A stretch of 64,000 nucleotides of DNA from an uncultured Gammaproteobacteria bacterium (GCA_964427735.1 CAYRUS010000001.1:226173-290172); one strand, 5' to 3'. Counted from the stretch's first letter, positions 30,535-39,259 are shown. Program-made: numbers and translations. Notes: a model not told the origin generated them from the letters alone.

Positions 30535-30795
30535 ATGACTGACACCAAAATGCTTCAAGCCATTCTTGATGGACAAAGAGCTATAAAAGAAGAGTTGAAA
30601 GATGATATAAACTCTGTTCGTAAAGAAGTCAATAGATTACATAAAAAAGCCGATGAAGGTTTCAGAATTGTTAATAACAGATTGGATAATATTGGAAAAA
30701 GTGTAGCTTTTCTTGAGGATGATGCTCCAACTCGTGAAGAACACAATAGACTGGAAAAACGAGTAATAAAAATTGAAAACAAGCTTCAAACTTAA
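30535..30795 (+). CDS. Small coiled-coil protein
   Basis: TTGACA-17-TTTAAT-5nt-ATG and a heptad pattern ending LEKRVIKIE. Confidence 0.75.
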   Translation: MTDTKMLQAILDGQRAIKEELKDDINSVRKEVNRLHKKADEGFRIVNNRLDNIGKSVAFLEDDAPTREEHNRLEKRVIKIENKLQT

Positions 30796-30927
30796 TCGAT
30801 TCACAACTCTAAAAACTATATCAACACTGTAGAAACTCCCTATAATTGCCTAAATATAGAGATATTCGGTATAATACAAGCAATTAGGAAAATTGGACTA
30901 AGTAAATTGTTTTTAAAAATTACATTA

Positions 30928-31013
30928 GTCATTGCGAGTGAAACAAAGCAATCCAGAGTATCAGCATAGAAAGCTTGATCGCAACGGAAGTTTTTCAAAC
31001 TCCTCGCGATGAC
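30928..31013. repeat. REP/RPE-like palindromic element (GTCATTGCGAG...CTCGCGATGAC)
   Basis: 11-bp terminal inverted repeat with one mismatch and an internal AAGCAATCC. A second small inverted repeat TTGTCAT...ATGACAA lies at 31022-31046. Confidence 0.7.
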
Positions 31014-31091
31014 AGGAGTAATTGTCATCCATGTTTTCCATGACAAGAGGAGTAAGTGTCGGTGAAGGAATAAGGCTATAAATTAATAAAT

Positions 31092-32195
31092 ATGAAAATT
31101 CAATTGCACAAATTAACAGTACGCGAAGTTGTAGATGGTTACGTTGACAATGATGAAGAAGGTGTTGTGGGGTTTGGTGGGAAGCTTGATATACGACCTA
31201 AGTATCAACGTGAATTTGTATATAAAGACAAACAACGTGATGCAGTTATTGATACCGTCAAAAATGGTTTTCCCTTAAATGTGATGTATTGGGTAGTGCG
31301 TGATGATGGTGGGTATGAAGTACTGGATGGACAACAAAGAACAATTAGCCTTGCCCAATATATAAATGGTGACTTTTCTGTTGAATTTAACGGCAGGCTA
31401 GCTATGTTTCACAACTTAACCACCGAGGAGCAAAACCAGATATTAGATTATGAGCTAATGATTTATTTCTGTGAAGGTACGGACAAGGAGAGGTTGGATT
31501 GGTTTAGGATAATTAACATAGCAGGAGAAAAGCTAACAGACCAAGAGTTAAGGAATGCTGTTTATACAGGTCCATGGCTAACCGATGCAAAGCTCAAATT
31601 CAGTAAAACAAATTGCGTAGCATACCTTCTGGCTACCGATGGTGGTACTCTACTTTCTGGCTCACCATTAAGACAGGAATACCTGGAAACTGCAATCTCC
31701 TGGATAAATAATGGTGAAATTGAAGAATATATGGCCATACATCAGCATGATGAAAACGCTGAGGAGCTTTGGAACTACTTCCAGGAACTGATTTCCTGGG
31801 TAAGAAAAACTTTCCCAAACTACAGAAAAGAGATGACAAACGTGAACTGGGGAGAGCTTTATAATCAATTTAAAAACGAGCAGTTTAATCCAGAAAAACT
31901 TGAGTCGGAAATCAAAGTCTTGATGCAGGACGAGGATGTTACCAGAAAGTCTGGTATTTACCCTTATGTCCTAACAAGAAAAGAAAAGTTTTTAAACATC
32001 AGAGCATTTACAGACAAGATGAAACGGGAAGCTTTTGAGAGGCAAAACGGTATTTGCCCCTTTTGTAAAAATACGTTTGAGTTGGAAGAAATGGAAGCTG
32101 ATCATATCACCCCATGGCACGAAGGTGGAAAAACAGTTTCAGAAAACTGCCAAATGCTTTGCAAAGAAGACAATAGAACAAAGGCAGGAAAGTAA
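31092..32195 (+). CDS. DUF262 (ParB/Srx-like) + HNH endonuclease (GmrSD-like architecture)
   Basis: PKYQREFVY, VLDGQQRT, F..IN..G..L, then C-terminal CPFC...DHITPW..GG.T...NCQMLC..DN. Confidence 0.9.
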   Translation: MKIQLHKLTVREVVDGYVDNDEEGVVGFGGKLDIRPKYQREFVYKDKQRDAVIDTVKNGFPLNVMYWVVRDDGGYEVLDGQQRTISLAQYINGDFSVEFNGRLAMFHNLTTEEQNQILDYELMIYFCEGTDKERLDWFRIINIAGEKLTDQELRNAVYTGPWLTDAKLKFSKTNCVAYLLATDGGTLLSGSPLRQEYLETAISWINNGEIEEYMAIHQHDENAEELWNYFQELISWVRKTFPNYRKEMTNVNWGELYNQFKNEQFNPEKLESEIKVLMQDEDVTRKSGIYPYVLTRKEKFLNIRAFTDKMKREAFERQNGICPFCKNTFELEEMEADHITPWHEGGKTVSENCQMLCKEDNRTKAGK

Positions 32196-32255
32196 ATTTC
32201 CAGTTTAAAAAACTATTTTTATGGTAACTTTACTCCCCCCTGATACTAGATAATG

Positions 32256-32954
32256 TTAACGTCTTCTACTTTTTCTGATTTTCAACGTATCCTGCAGAGA
32301 AAAGACCAACATGGCAGCAAGTTCCGGGGTCAACATTGATAATTCGATCAAACTTTTCTTGAGAGAGTTTAATATTTCAGTGTTACCTCTTAATAGTTTC
32401 CCATTTAATAATGCAGAAGCTAGTTCAAAGTCGCTTGCAATTTCATCGGCATGTTTCTGAATATAGTCTAAATTTCCACTGTTCAAAGCTTCACAGTGTT
32501 CTTTAATTCTCTCCAAGGAGACATAATTCATATGCCCACCTTCACCTATTTCTTCCCAGACTTTATCTAGTTTGTTAGTCCAACTTGTAGAAAGTTCATG
32601 TACTACAGAATTATCATGATATGTAAAGAGACCAATATCATAATCCATATTTTTAGGATCCCCATAAATAAGTGAACCATAAACAATTACGTTTAGCCCA
32701 AAAGCATCAATCCAGTCTGACTCTTCTTTAATGAATTTATCTAAAATATTCCACCCTTTCTGAACCTGCTTACTGCTCTTTTCCTTTGGAACCTCAAAAT
32801 CTTTAAGCCGACGTAAATTTTGAGATAACATGTTTATTACTTTTTCAGCAGGATGTCCTATCAATTCTTCGATATCAGCGATTTCATTTTTTCCATAATA
32901 CAGATTCTCTCTTAGTTTGTTCAAATAAACCTTCTTTGGATTTCCTCTTTCCAT
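32256..32954 (-). CDS. Nucleotidyltransferase-fold orphan protein
   Basis: VIVYGSLIYG....DYDI motif. Confidence 0.55.
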   Translation of the reverse strand: MERGNPKKVYLNKLRENLYYGKNEIADIEELIGHPAEKVINMLSQNLRRLKDFEVPKEKSSKQVQKGWNILDKFIKEESDWIDAFGLNVIVYGSLIYGDPKNMDYDIGLFTYHDNSVVHELSTSWTNKLDKVWEEIGEGGHMNYVSLERIKEHCEALNSGNLDYIQKHADEIASDFELASALLNGKLLRGNTEILNSLKKSLIELSMLTPELAAMLVFSLQDTLKIRKSRRR

Positions 32955-32963
32955 ATTATTATT

Positions 32964-33482
32964 TCACCTACTTAAATCTATATTCCTCTGCACAAAGGGA
33001 GAAAAATAACCCTTGTATTTTTCCTGAAGTTCAGGTCTTTTCCAATCGTGATTAGTAACTTCTCTCCTACAATTTGCACTTTCACAAGTACATTCAAACA
33101 AAATTCTTTTTTCTGTCTTTTGTGAACAAGTCATCACATAATCAAATGTTATTTCTTCACCAGACTTAATATCTCTCATAGCCACTAGCATTATTTGTCC
33201 AAAAATACCAGCATTTGGTTCACAAGAATGATTAAACCAATCAGCATCATCTGTTTCAGAAACATCTTTTGGTCCTATGAACATATCTTCGTCAATTCCA
33301 AGAGCAAGATATCTAACACTTTCTGGCAACATGTCTCTTTCACTTCTTTCCATAATATGACCGCCAAATACAGCTATTAGTTCGTCCTTTTTGATATCTT
33401 CTTTTGCAAACACACCAGTACCATGAGATTCTGAGGTTCTTGGATCACACTTATTACTTAACCAGTTGTTTTTTAAGATCAT
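32964..33482 (-). CDS. SET-domain protein-lysine methyltransferase with post-SET motif
   Basis: G.GVFA, FNHSCEPN, RDI..GEEITFDY, CTC....CR. Confidence 0.92.
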   Translation of the reverse strand: MILKNNWLSNKCDPRTSESHGTGVFAKEDIKKDELIAVFGGHIMERSERDMLPESVRYLALGIDEDMFIGPKDVSETDDADWFNHSCEPNAGIFGQIMLVAMRDIKSGEEITFDYVMTCSQKTEKRILFECTCESANCRREVTNHDWKRPELQEKYKGYFSPFVQRNIDLSR

Positions 33483-33486
33483 ACTT

Positions 33487-34044
33487 TTACTTTCTTTTTG
33501 CTACAACAATAAGCCGCATACTATCATTAAAACCAGTGCAGGTATATAAAGTTAAAGTCTCATCTTCTGTGGGAGCAATAACTTCTAATTCATTTGGGTA
33601 AACTTCTTTAATCTCTTGGACTTCATAGTCAAACCAATCATCATCAGTCATAATATAAATTTCTGTTCCAAGCTGTACTTCCCTTAAAGGTAAAAAAAGT
33701 CCCTCCCTAGCGTGGGCAAAGACCACTTGATTACCCACTTCTCCAGGATAACCTGAACCTTCTCCCCAACCCGCAGAATCAGAAAACACCTCCCAATATC
33801 CATTAACAATTCTAGATCTTTTAATATCTAAGTTGACACCTAAATTAGGAATAACAACTTTGATAGGAGATTTTTTCTCCTCATCAATTTCCATTTCAAA
33901 TCCAGACACCTCAACTGGTTCTTCTTTAAAAGTGTATTCAGCAGAGACATCTGTTGTACTTTCTGGAAAATGACCTAAAAATAATATTCCGCCTAAAACA
34001 AGAAGAGCAATCCCAAAACCGATCTTTCCCCATTTCATAGGCAT
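33487..34044 (-). CDS. Sortase
   Basis: N-terminal TM, IP.L, GN.V.FAH (catalytic His), LTLYTC (Cys), R.IVVA (Arg). Confidence 0.9.
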   Translation of the reverse strand: MPMKWGKIGFGIALLVLGGILFLGHFPESTTDVSAEYTFKEEPVEVSGFEMEIDEEKKSPIKVVIPNLGVNLDIKRSRIVNGYWEVFSDSAGWGEGSGYPGEVGNQVVFAHAREGLFLPLREVQLGTEIYIMTDDDWFDYEVQEIKEVYPNELEVIAPTEDETLTLYTCTGFNDSMRLIVVAKRK

Positions 34045-34082
34045 ATTTTAACATCAAAGGAGCATTTTTCTAGTCTAAAACT

Positions 34083-35255
34083 TTATGCAGGAAGTTCTTC
34101 CTCTGCAAAAGTTTTACCAATTACAGTAAGACCTAATGTAAGGAAAAGTAGCCCTGCCCAAAAAATCAAAGGGTTATCAGTAGGAACACCACTTGTAGGA
34201 GATAAACCTAAAACTTCACCAACTTTTTTAGAAACATCTGCTGCCGCAATAATCAATCCTCCTCCTGGTTTGTCTTCTTCTTCGCCATTTCCATTTTCCC
34301 CTCCGTTACCAGGGTTTTCTTCTCTTGGTTTTTCTGGCTCACCATCACCAGGAACAACTACCTTACAACAAGGAACCAGTACATTGCCAAAATTTATTTT
34401 TTCGTTTTTAATCAAGAAATTAAAATCAATATCACCTGTAGCAATACTTACATCACCAATATTATTTTTGGCTATATTTTTACCTGTATTTAGACTCCAA
34501 TTAGCATTATTATAAATATCTGCATTGAAATCAGTATTTATGTTGAATAAGTCTATATGTGTTAGAGTTACATGATTGACAGAATATGCCCCGTTCCCAT
34601 TAATAACTATATTATTTGACGAGCTATTTTTGGCTACTTCTATATCTGAAGTATTAATTCTTTTGTTGACTACTGCACCGTAAACTTTTATATTTCCTGT
34701 TTTAATGTTTACATCTCCATTGTTTCCAGATACTTTATTGTAACCTGTATTAGCATTACCATTTATGTTATTTGTAATGTTTGCATTTTGAGATACATTA
34801 ACATCAGTTACATTCTTTTTATCTGAATTAACAGCATTGTGAGAATTACTACCATTATTTGATACATTTATAGATGAACCCTTGTCTGTACAGCACTCTT
34901 CCTTTACGGTTGAGTGGTTGGCCTCGTTAACAACTTCAATATTTTGACTGGAATCACCTGTTACAATTGTAGATTCACCATTTGTTGTATTGTTGATTTC
35001 ATTTCCACCTGTGTTTGTTGTTGTAGAGATATTGTTTTCAATGTCTACTGAATTTGATTGCTCAACCGTAGTTGATGATCCAGAAGTAACATTGACTTCG
35101 TTACTGGATCCACTGCCATTATCTGAAATTACTATTTCTTCTGCCATTGCAATCACGCTTGGCTCTGGAGAGACGAAAATAAATGTTCCAGATACAATAA
35201 CACTTGCTATAAGTAAATGAGCTAATATTTGTTTTGCAAAATCTTTAATGAACAT
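34083..35255 (-). CDS. Secreted Asn/Gly-rich repeat protein (3 repeats) with LPxTG-like signal and TM anchor
   Basis: Signal peptide, 3x I..NG..S.N...N...NTG.N...I.TG repeats, CC motifs, and C-terminal VLGLSPTSG followed by a TM. Confidence 0.75.
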   Translation of the reverse strand: MFIKDFAKQILAHLLIASVIVSGTFIFVSPEPSVIAMAEEIVISDNGSGSSNEVNVTSGSSTTVEQSNSVDIENNISTTTNTGGNEINNTTNGESTIVTGDSSQNIEVVNEANHSTVKEECCTDKGSSINVSNNGSNSHNAVNSDKKNVTDVNVSQNANITNNINGNANTGYNKVSGNNGDVNIKTGNIKVYGAVVNKRINTSDIEVAKNSSSNNIVINGNGAYSVNHVTLTHIDLFNINTDFNADIYNNANWSLNTGKNIAKNNIGDVSIATGDIDFNFLIKNEKINFGNVLVPCCKVVVPGDGEPEKPREENPGNGGENGNGEEEDKPGGGLIIAAADVSKKVGEVLGLSPTSGVPTDNPLIFWAGLLFLTLGLTVIGKTFAEEELPA

Positions 35256-35264
35256 ATTAATTAT

Positions 35265-37397
35265 TTAAGACTTAACTCCAACTAGGACTTTTTTGAGTTT
35301 ATCCAGTCCATAATATGCTCCTGCGAGGACTATAAATGTAAAAGGTAAAGCAAGGTTAATAGTTACCTTCTTTTTATCGCTTTGTGTACCTAAGACAGAA
35401 GGTTTTGAATCACTCTCACCTGCTAGAGCTAATTTATCTCCAGGATCATTATCAACATTTAGATTGCTAACTGCTGATAAATAATTTTTCTCAGATTTTT
35501 TATTGTTGGTATCATCAGTAGATAGAGTATTTATAACTGCAAGGTAATCTCCTTCTGCATCCAAAGAAACACTTGTATCATTTACAAAACTGCTTTGTGA
35601 TTCTGTATGAGAATTTGATGTATTGCCTCCTATTGCTTTATCAGTTGAATTATTACCTTTATCTGAATTATTATTTGCTTCCCCTTGTACAAAATCACCA
35701 ATCCAACTTCCGAAGACGTTAATTACATTTACGAATAGTCTTCCCCCTCCAGTAATGTTTGTATTTACAAAATTAACAATGTTAGCAACAATGTTCGCAT
35801 CACCTGTTTTTATTGTACTGTTCCCGCCTGTATTATAGTTTGCATCATTTCCGCCTGTGTTTGCAGATAACTGAAGGTTATTTCCGACATTGGCATTATT
35901 TACTTGGGTAATGTAGTTGTTATTTTCAATGTTAGCCTCACCTGTATTTGTACTACCTGCACCGTTACCAGAGTTTACTAACTTGACGTCTCCGCTTTCT
36001 GATACATCAAACTCTAAGTCTTCTGAACTTGCAACAGAACCGTCAAAGCCCATTATTTTACCAATCCATTTTCCGGCTTCATTTACTAGTACTAAAAACC
36101 AATCTCCTGAGACAAAATTCATATTTCCAAAGTTAACTACGCTAGCTTCAACATTTGTGTCTCCTGTCACTACAGTACTGTTTCCGCCTGTATTAAAACT
36201 TGCATTATTGTTCCCTGTAGTTGCATCAATTACCAATGTATTGTCAATATCAGCATTATTAAACTGAGTTATATTGTTGTTATTTTCTATATTAGCCTCA
36301 GTTGTATTATCAGAATTTGTACCGTTTCCTGTATTTTTAACTGTGGTGTCTGCAGTACAGCACATTGATGATGGGAATATTATATTACCGATCAAATCAC
36401 CAAATACATTAACCACTGCATAAATAACCCCGCCTTCTACATTAGTGTTTGTAAAGTTAAGCACATTTGCTGCCACATTTGCGTCACCTGTAATAATTAC
36501 ATTATCTCCTCCTGTATTAAAGCTTGTGTCGTTGTATCCAGAGTTTGCCGTAAGAACCATTGTGTTATTTAGGTTTGCATTATTTACTTGAGTTGTATCA
36601 TTGTTATTTGTAACCTGGACACTTCCCGTGTTTTCGCTGTTTGCTCCGTTTCCTTCATTTGAAATATCAACTGTTCCCACACATCCGTACACACATGTGC
36701 CTTTTGAAAAATCTAACACATAATCACCTGATTGATTGTCCATAATATTAAATTCATAAACACTAACTCCTGCTAGATTTGAATTCAAAAAGTTAATTAT
36801 TGTTCCTGTGGAATTTGCATTACCAGTTACAATTACATTGTCTCCCCCTGTATTAAAGCTAGCAGAATTACCACCTGTAGAAGTGGAGATATCCATATTG
36901 TTGTTCACATCTGCATTATTTGTTTGAGTTGTATTTGAGTCATTAACAACATTGACAGAACCATTATTTTCGCTGTTTGCTCCGTTAGCTTCATTAGCAA
37001 CAGATACACTTGGACCGCTTGTTGTTGTAGCTACACCAGTACCTCCACTAGCATTCTGATTGGCAATATTAATGAGTGATCCGTTTGCATTTGCATCTGA
37101 TGTATTTATAGATGAATCTCCCTGCTGTCCGTTTTGAGATTCCCCACCAGATGAGACAGTTGGTTTACTTTCTGATGAAGGTAGTGGCGATTCTGGTGTT
37201 GAGTTGTCAGAATTGTTGTTATTGTGCACAGGAGGCGGAGTTGGTGTAGATGGTGGTGTTGGTTTTGGCGGTGCTGTTGGTGTTGGTGGTGGTGTTGAAT
37301 TTGTTTGAGCCATAACACTACCCATAGGTGAAGTAGCAACAAGCATCGCTACTGTTACTATAACTGCTATCTGTTTTTTGTAATTTACTTTTATCAT
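35265..37397 (-). CDS. Secreted Asn/Gly-rich repeat protein (4 repeats plus inserts) with Pro/Thr linker and C-terminal TM
   Basis: Signal peptide, PTP-rich linker, 4x NG..S.N...Q.NNA...N.....TG.N....NTGG.....TG, CxxxC and CC, then TM plus basic tail. Confidence 0.78.
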   Translation of the reverse strand: MIKVNYKKQIAVIVTVAMLVATSPMGSVMAQTNSTPPPTPTAPPKPTPPSTPTPPPVHNNNNSDNSTPESPLPSSESKPTVSSGGESQNGQQGDSSINTSDANANGSLINIANQNASGGTGVATTTSGPSVSVANEANGANSENNGSVNVVNDSNTTQTNNADVNNNMDISTSTGGNSASFNTGGDNVIVTGNANSTGTIINFLNSNLAGVSVYEFNIMDNQSGDYVLDFSKGTCVYGCVGTVDISNEGNGANSENTGSVQVTNNNDTTQVNNANLNNTMVLTANSGYNDTSFNTGGDNVIITGDANVAANVLNFTNTNVEGGVIYAVVNVFGDLIGNIIFPSSMCCTADTTVKNTGNGTNSDNTTEANIENNNNITQFNNADIDNTLVIDATTGNNNASFNTGGNSTVVTGDTNVEASVVNFGNMNFVSGDWFLVLVNEAGKWIGKIMGFDGSVASSEDLEFDVSESGDVKLVNSGNGAGSTNTGEANIENNNYITQVNNANVGNNLQLSANTGGNDANYNTGGNSTIKTGDANIVANIVNFVNTNITGGGRLFVNVINVFGSWIGDFVQGEANNNSDKGNNSTDKAIGGNTSNSHTESQSSFVNDTSVSLDAEGDYLAVINTLSTDDTNNKKSEKNYLSAVSNLNVDNDPGDKLALAGESDSKPSVLGTQSDKKKVTINLALPFTFIVLAGAYYGLDKLKKVLVGVKS

Positions 37398-37457
37398 TTT
37401 ATTAATTTTTTATAATCTTATTTTTTTATTTTTTCTTTTAAATTTTTGTTTTGGTTA

Positions 37458-37500
37458 AGTAGGGGTATCCACCGAAGTGCGGGTAGACAATCACCCTACT
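37458..37500 (-). terminator. Intergenic stem-loop after the first repeat-protein gene
   Basis: AGTAGGG...CCCTACT outer stem with inner UCUACC/GGUGGA and a CAC-UUCG-GUG element. There is no U-tract on the coding strand. Confidence 0.55.
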
Positions 37501-37515
37501 GTTCCAAAACTTCCA

Positions 37516-38778
37516 TTACTTTGACAAACCGATCATTCCCAAAAAACCACTGAAATCAAAGTCCCATTCAAATTCCATATCAGAATCAAATGGCCATTCA
37601 AAGTCTGGGAAATCAAAGCCGCCAATTACGTTACTGTTAGCAGTATTTTCTACTGTAGCACTAACGTTAGCATCACTAGTAATGATTGCTGGGTCTGATC
37701 CATCTACATCACCAGTATTTGAATTTGCATCATTTTTACCGGTACTTGCATCAAGATCTTCCAGATCATTGTCTAGATCTGCATCATTATCTTGGTCGTA
37801 AGCGATAAGACTATCAAGTCTTAGGTCAATTAAGTTTGAACCACCTAATCTTCCGTCATCAGCTCCGTTACCAGAAATTTTTGCAAGAATATCCCAACCG
37901 CATCCGCAGTCGATATTTGCACTGTTAAAGTTAACAGCGTTCAAAACGTTTGCTGTTACATCAGCTGCACCTGTTTGTATAACAACTTCTCCTCCAGTAT
38001 TGAAGTTTGCATCGTTATAACCTGTTGCAGCATCAACATCAACATCATTGTCGACATCTGCATCGTTATCTTGATCAATGCTGTTTTCTTTATCCAGTCT
38101 TGCGTCAATATCATTCCAAGAACCTGCTCCGTTTCCTAAGATTCGGAAGCTTGCTGTTGGATTATCATCGCCGTTTCCGCCAATTCTTGCAAAGTTGCTA
38201 TTAGCTAAAGTTGCTAAAGTAACTCCTACAGTAGAATCACCGGTAAGCACAACAACACTGTCATTTCCATCGAAACTTCCAGTGTTAAGGTTGGCATTAT
38301 TGCCTCCTGTTTTAGCTTTTACATCGACATCATTGTCGACATCGGCGTCGTTGTCTTGATCAATGCTGTGTAAAACATCAGATCTCAAATCAACATAGTT
38401 TTGAGAATCTGCACCGTTGCCCTCAATAAGGACATCAGCGTCTTGACCTTCACAGCATTCTACATCAGCAACATTTGTGTTAACTGAGTTAACAATTCCA
38501 ACATTGACATCTGCATTACCAGTAAGAACACCTACCTCACCGCCAGTATTGTATTTGGCGTTGTTATTTCCTGTGGAAGCATCAACGTCTACATCATTGT
38601 CGATATCGGCATCATTGTTTTGGTTTACAGTTGTCTCTGTGGAGTAGTTTACGCTTGCATCATTTACGCTACCTACACCATTTCCAGTTATTTGAACTGT
38701 TGTGGCACCTAGTACCGGAAGTACAGCATAAGCCATTAACCCTGTTGCTGCTGCTGCTGAAACTAATTTTTTATACAT
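37516..38778 (-). CDS. Secreted Asn/Asp-rich repeat protein (4 repeats, no anchor); putative major subunit
   Basis: Signal peptide, 4x I.GNG..S.N...Q.NDAD.DND.....TG.N.A..NTG, CC and CGC linkers, acidic-aromatic tail, strong SD. Confidence 0.8.
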   Translation of the reverse strand: MYKKLVSAAAATGLMAYAVLPVLGATTVQITGNGVGSVNDASVNYSTETTVNQNNDADIDNDVDVDASTGNNNAKYNTGGEVGVLTGNADVNVGIVNSVNTNVADVECCEGQDADVLIEGNGADSQNYVDLRSDVLHSIDQDNDADVDNDVDVKAKTGGNNANLNTGSFDGNDSVVVLTGDSTVGVTLATLANSNFARIGGNGDDNPTASFRILGNGAGSWNDIDARLDKENSIDQDNDADVDNDVDVDAATGYNDANFNTGGEVVIQTGAADVTANVLNAVNFNSANIDCGCGWDILAKISGNGADDGRLGGSNLIDLRLDSLIAYDQDNDADLDNDLEDLDASTGKNDANSNTGDVDGSDPAIITSDANVSATVENTANSNVIGGFDFPDFEWPFDSDMEFEWDFDFSGFLGMIGLSK

Positions 38779-38789
38779 TATTTATATAT

Positions 38790-38937
38790 TCACCCCCTCT
38801 CGTCGTATATTTCTCCGAATTAATTCGGAGGCACTTCTAAACCGTTTCTAAAAAGAAACGGAGGCATCCCAATCCAAATTTAACTTTAGATTGGAAGGCC
38901 TCCGTTTGCGGTCAGCTTTCCGGTTTTTATTTAGAAC
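38790..38937 (-). promoter_or_regulatory. Structured 5' leader with alternative hairpins and SD (AGGGGGTGA)
   Basis: A long hairpin at 38856-38907 is followed by CUUUUU. A competing hairpin lies at 38842-38861, a perfect palindrome at 38813-38830, the SD at 38790-38798, and TTGACA at 39016-39021. Confidence 0.65.
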
Positions 38938-39091
38938 ATATTATATTTCTATAATTTTTATAATTCTGATTTACTCAGGTCTCGCCTATATATACTTATA
39001 ATTATTTTGTTATTTTGTCAATAGATTATCTGTAATGATAGTGTAAGAAAAGTGTTAAATTAACAAGTTTTGGTTACACTAAATCTATTAA

Positions 39092-39250
39092 TTATTTGGT
39101 GCTGTTAGTCTTTTTAATCCTCCTTACGGTAATTTGAGTAACAGCACCATCTTGGATATACAACTCAACGCTTCCATAACGACCGACGTTTTTTATAGCG
39201 TCTTTTATCTCTGCTATAAGTTGTCTCGTTATTTTTTGACTTGAGTACAT
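39092..39250 (-). CDS. DUF2292/YezD-like small protein (52 aa)
   Basis: Below the ORF-track cutoff: MYSSQKITRQLIAEIKDAIKNVGRYGSVELYIQDGAVTQITVRRIKKTNSTK, with a YGSVE..IQDG.V.QI signature. Confidence 0.8.
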   Translation of the reverse strand: MYSSQKITRQLIAEIKDAIKNVGRYGSVELYIQDGAVTQITVRRIKKTNSTK

Positions 39251-39259
39251 AAATTTTCT

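Noticed and set aside
30840-31046. 68-aa ORF MSWKTW...VIARSLKNF...DCFVSLAMT
   Set aside because: It is the translation of the REP-like palindrome and unlikely to be a real gene.
35600-38700. Recurring nucleotide repeats such as CATCATTGTCGACATC and CCGCCTGTATTA as a possible CRISPR or DGR
   Set aside because: They are in-frame coding repeats of the protein motif, degenerate and ~270 nt or more apart. No cas genes or reverse transcriptase are present.
38820-38930. Possible c-di-GMP-I (GEMM) riboswitch
   Set aside because: GGAAA, GCAAA and GCCUCCG fragments are present, but I could not fit the two-stem GNRA/receptor architecture. It is kept only as an unclassified structured leader.
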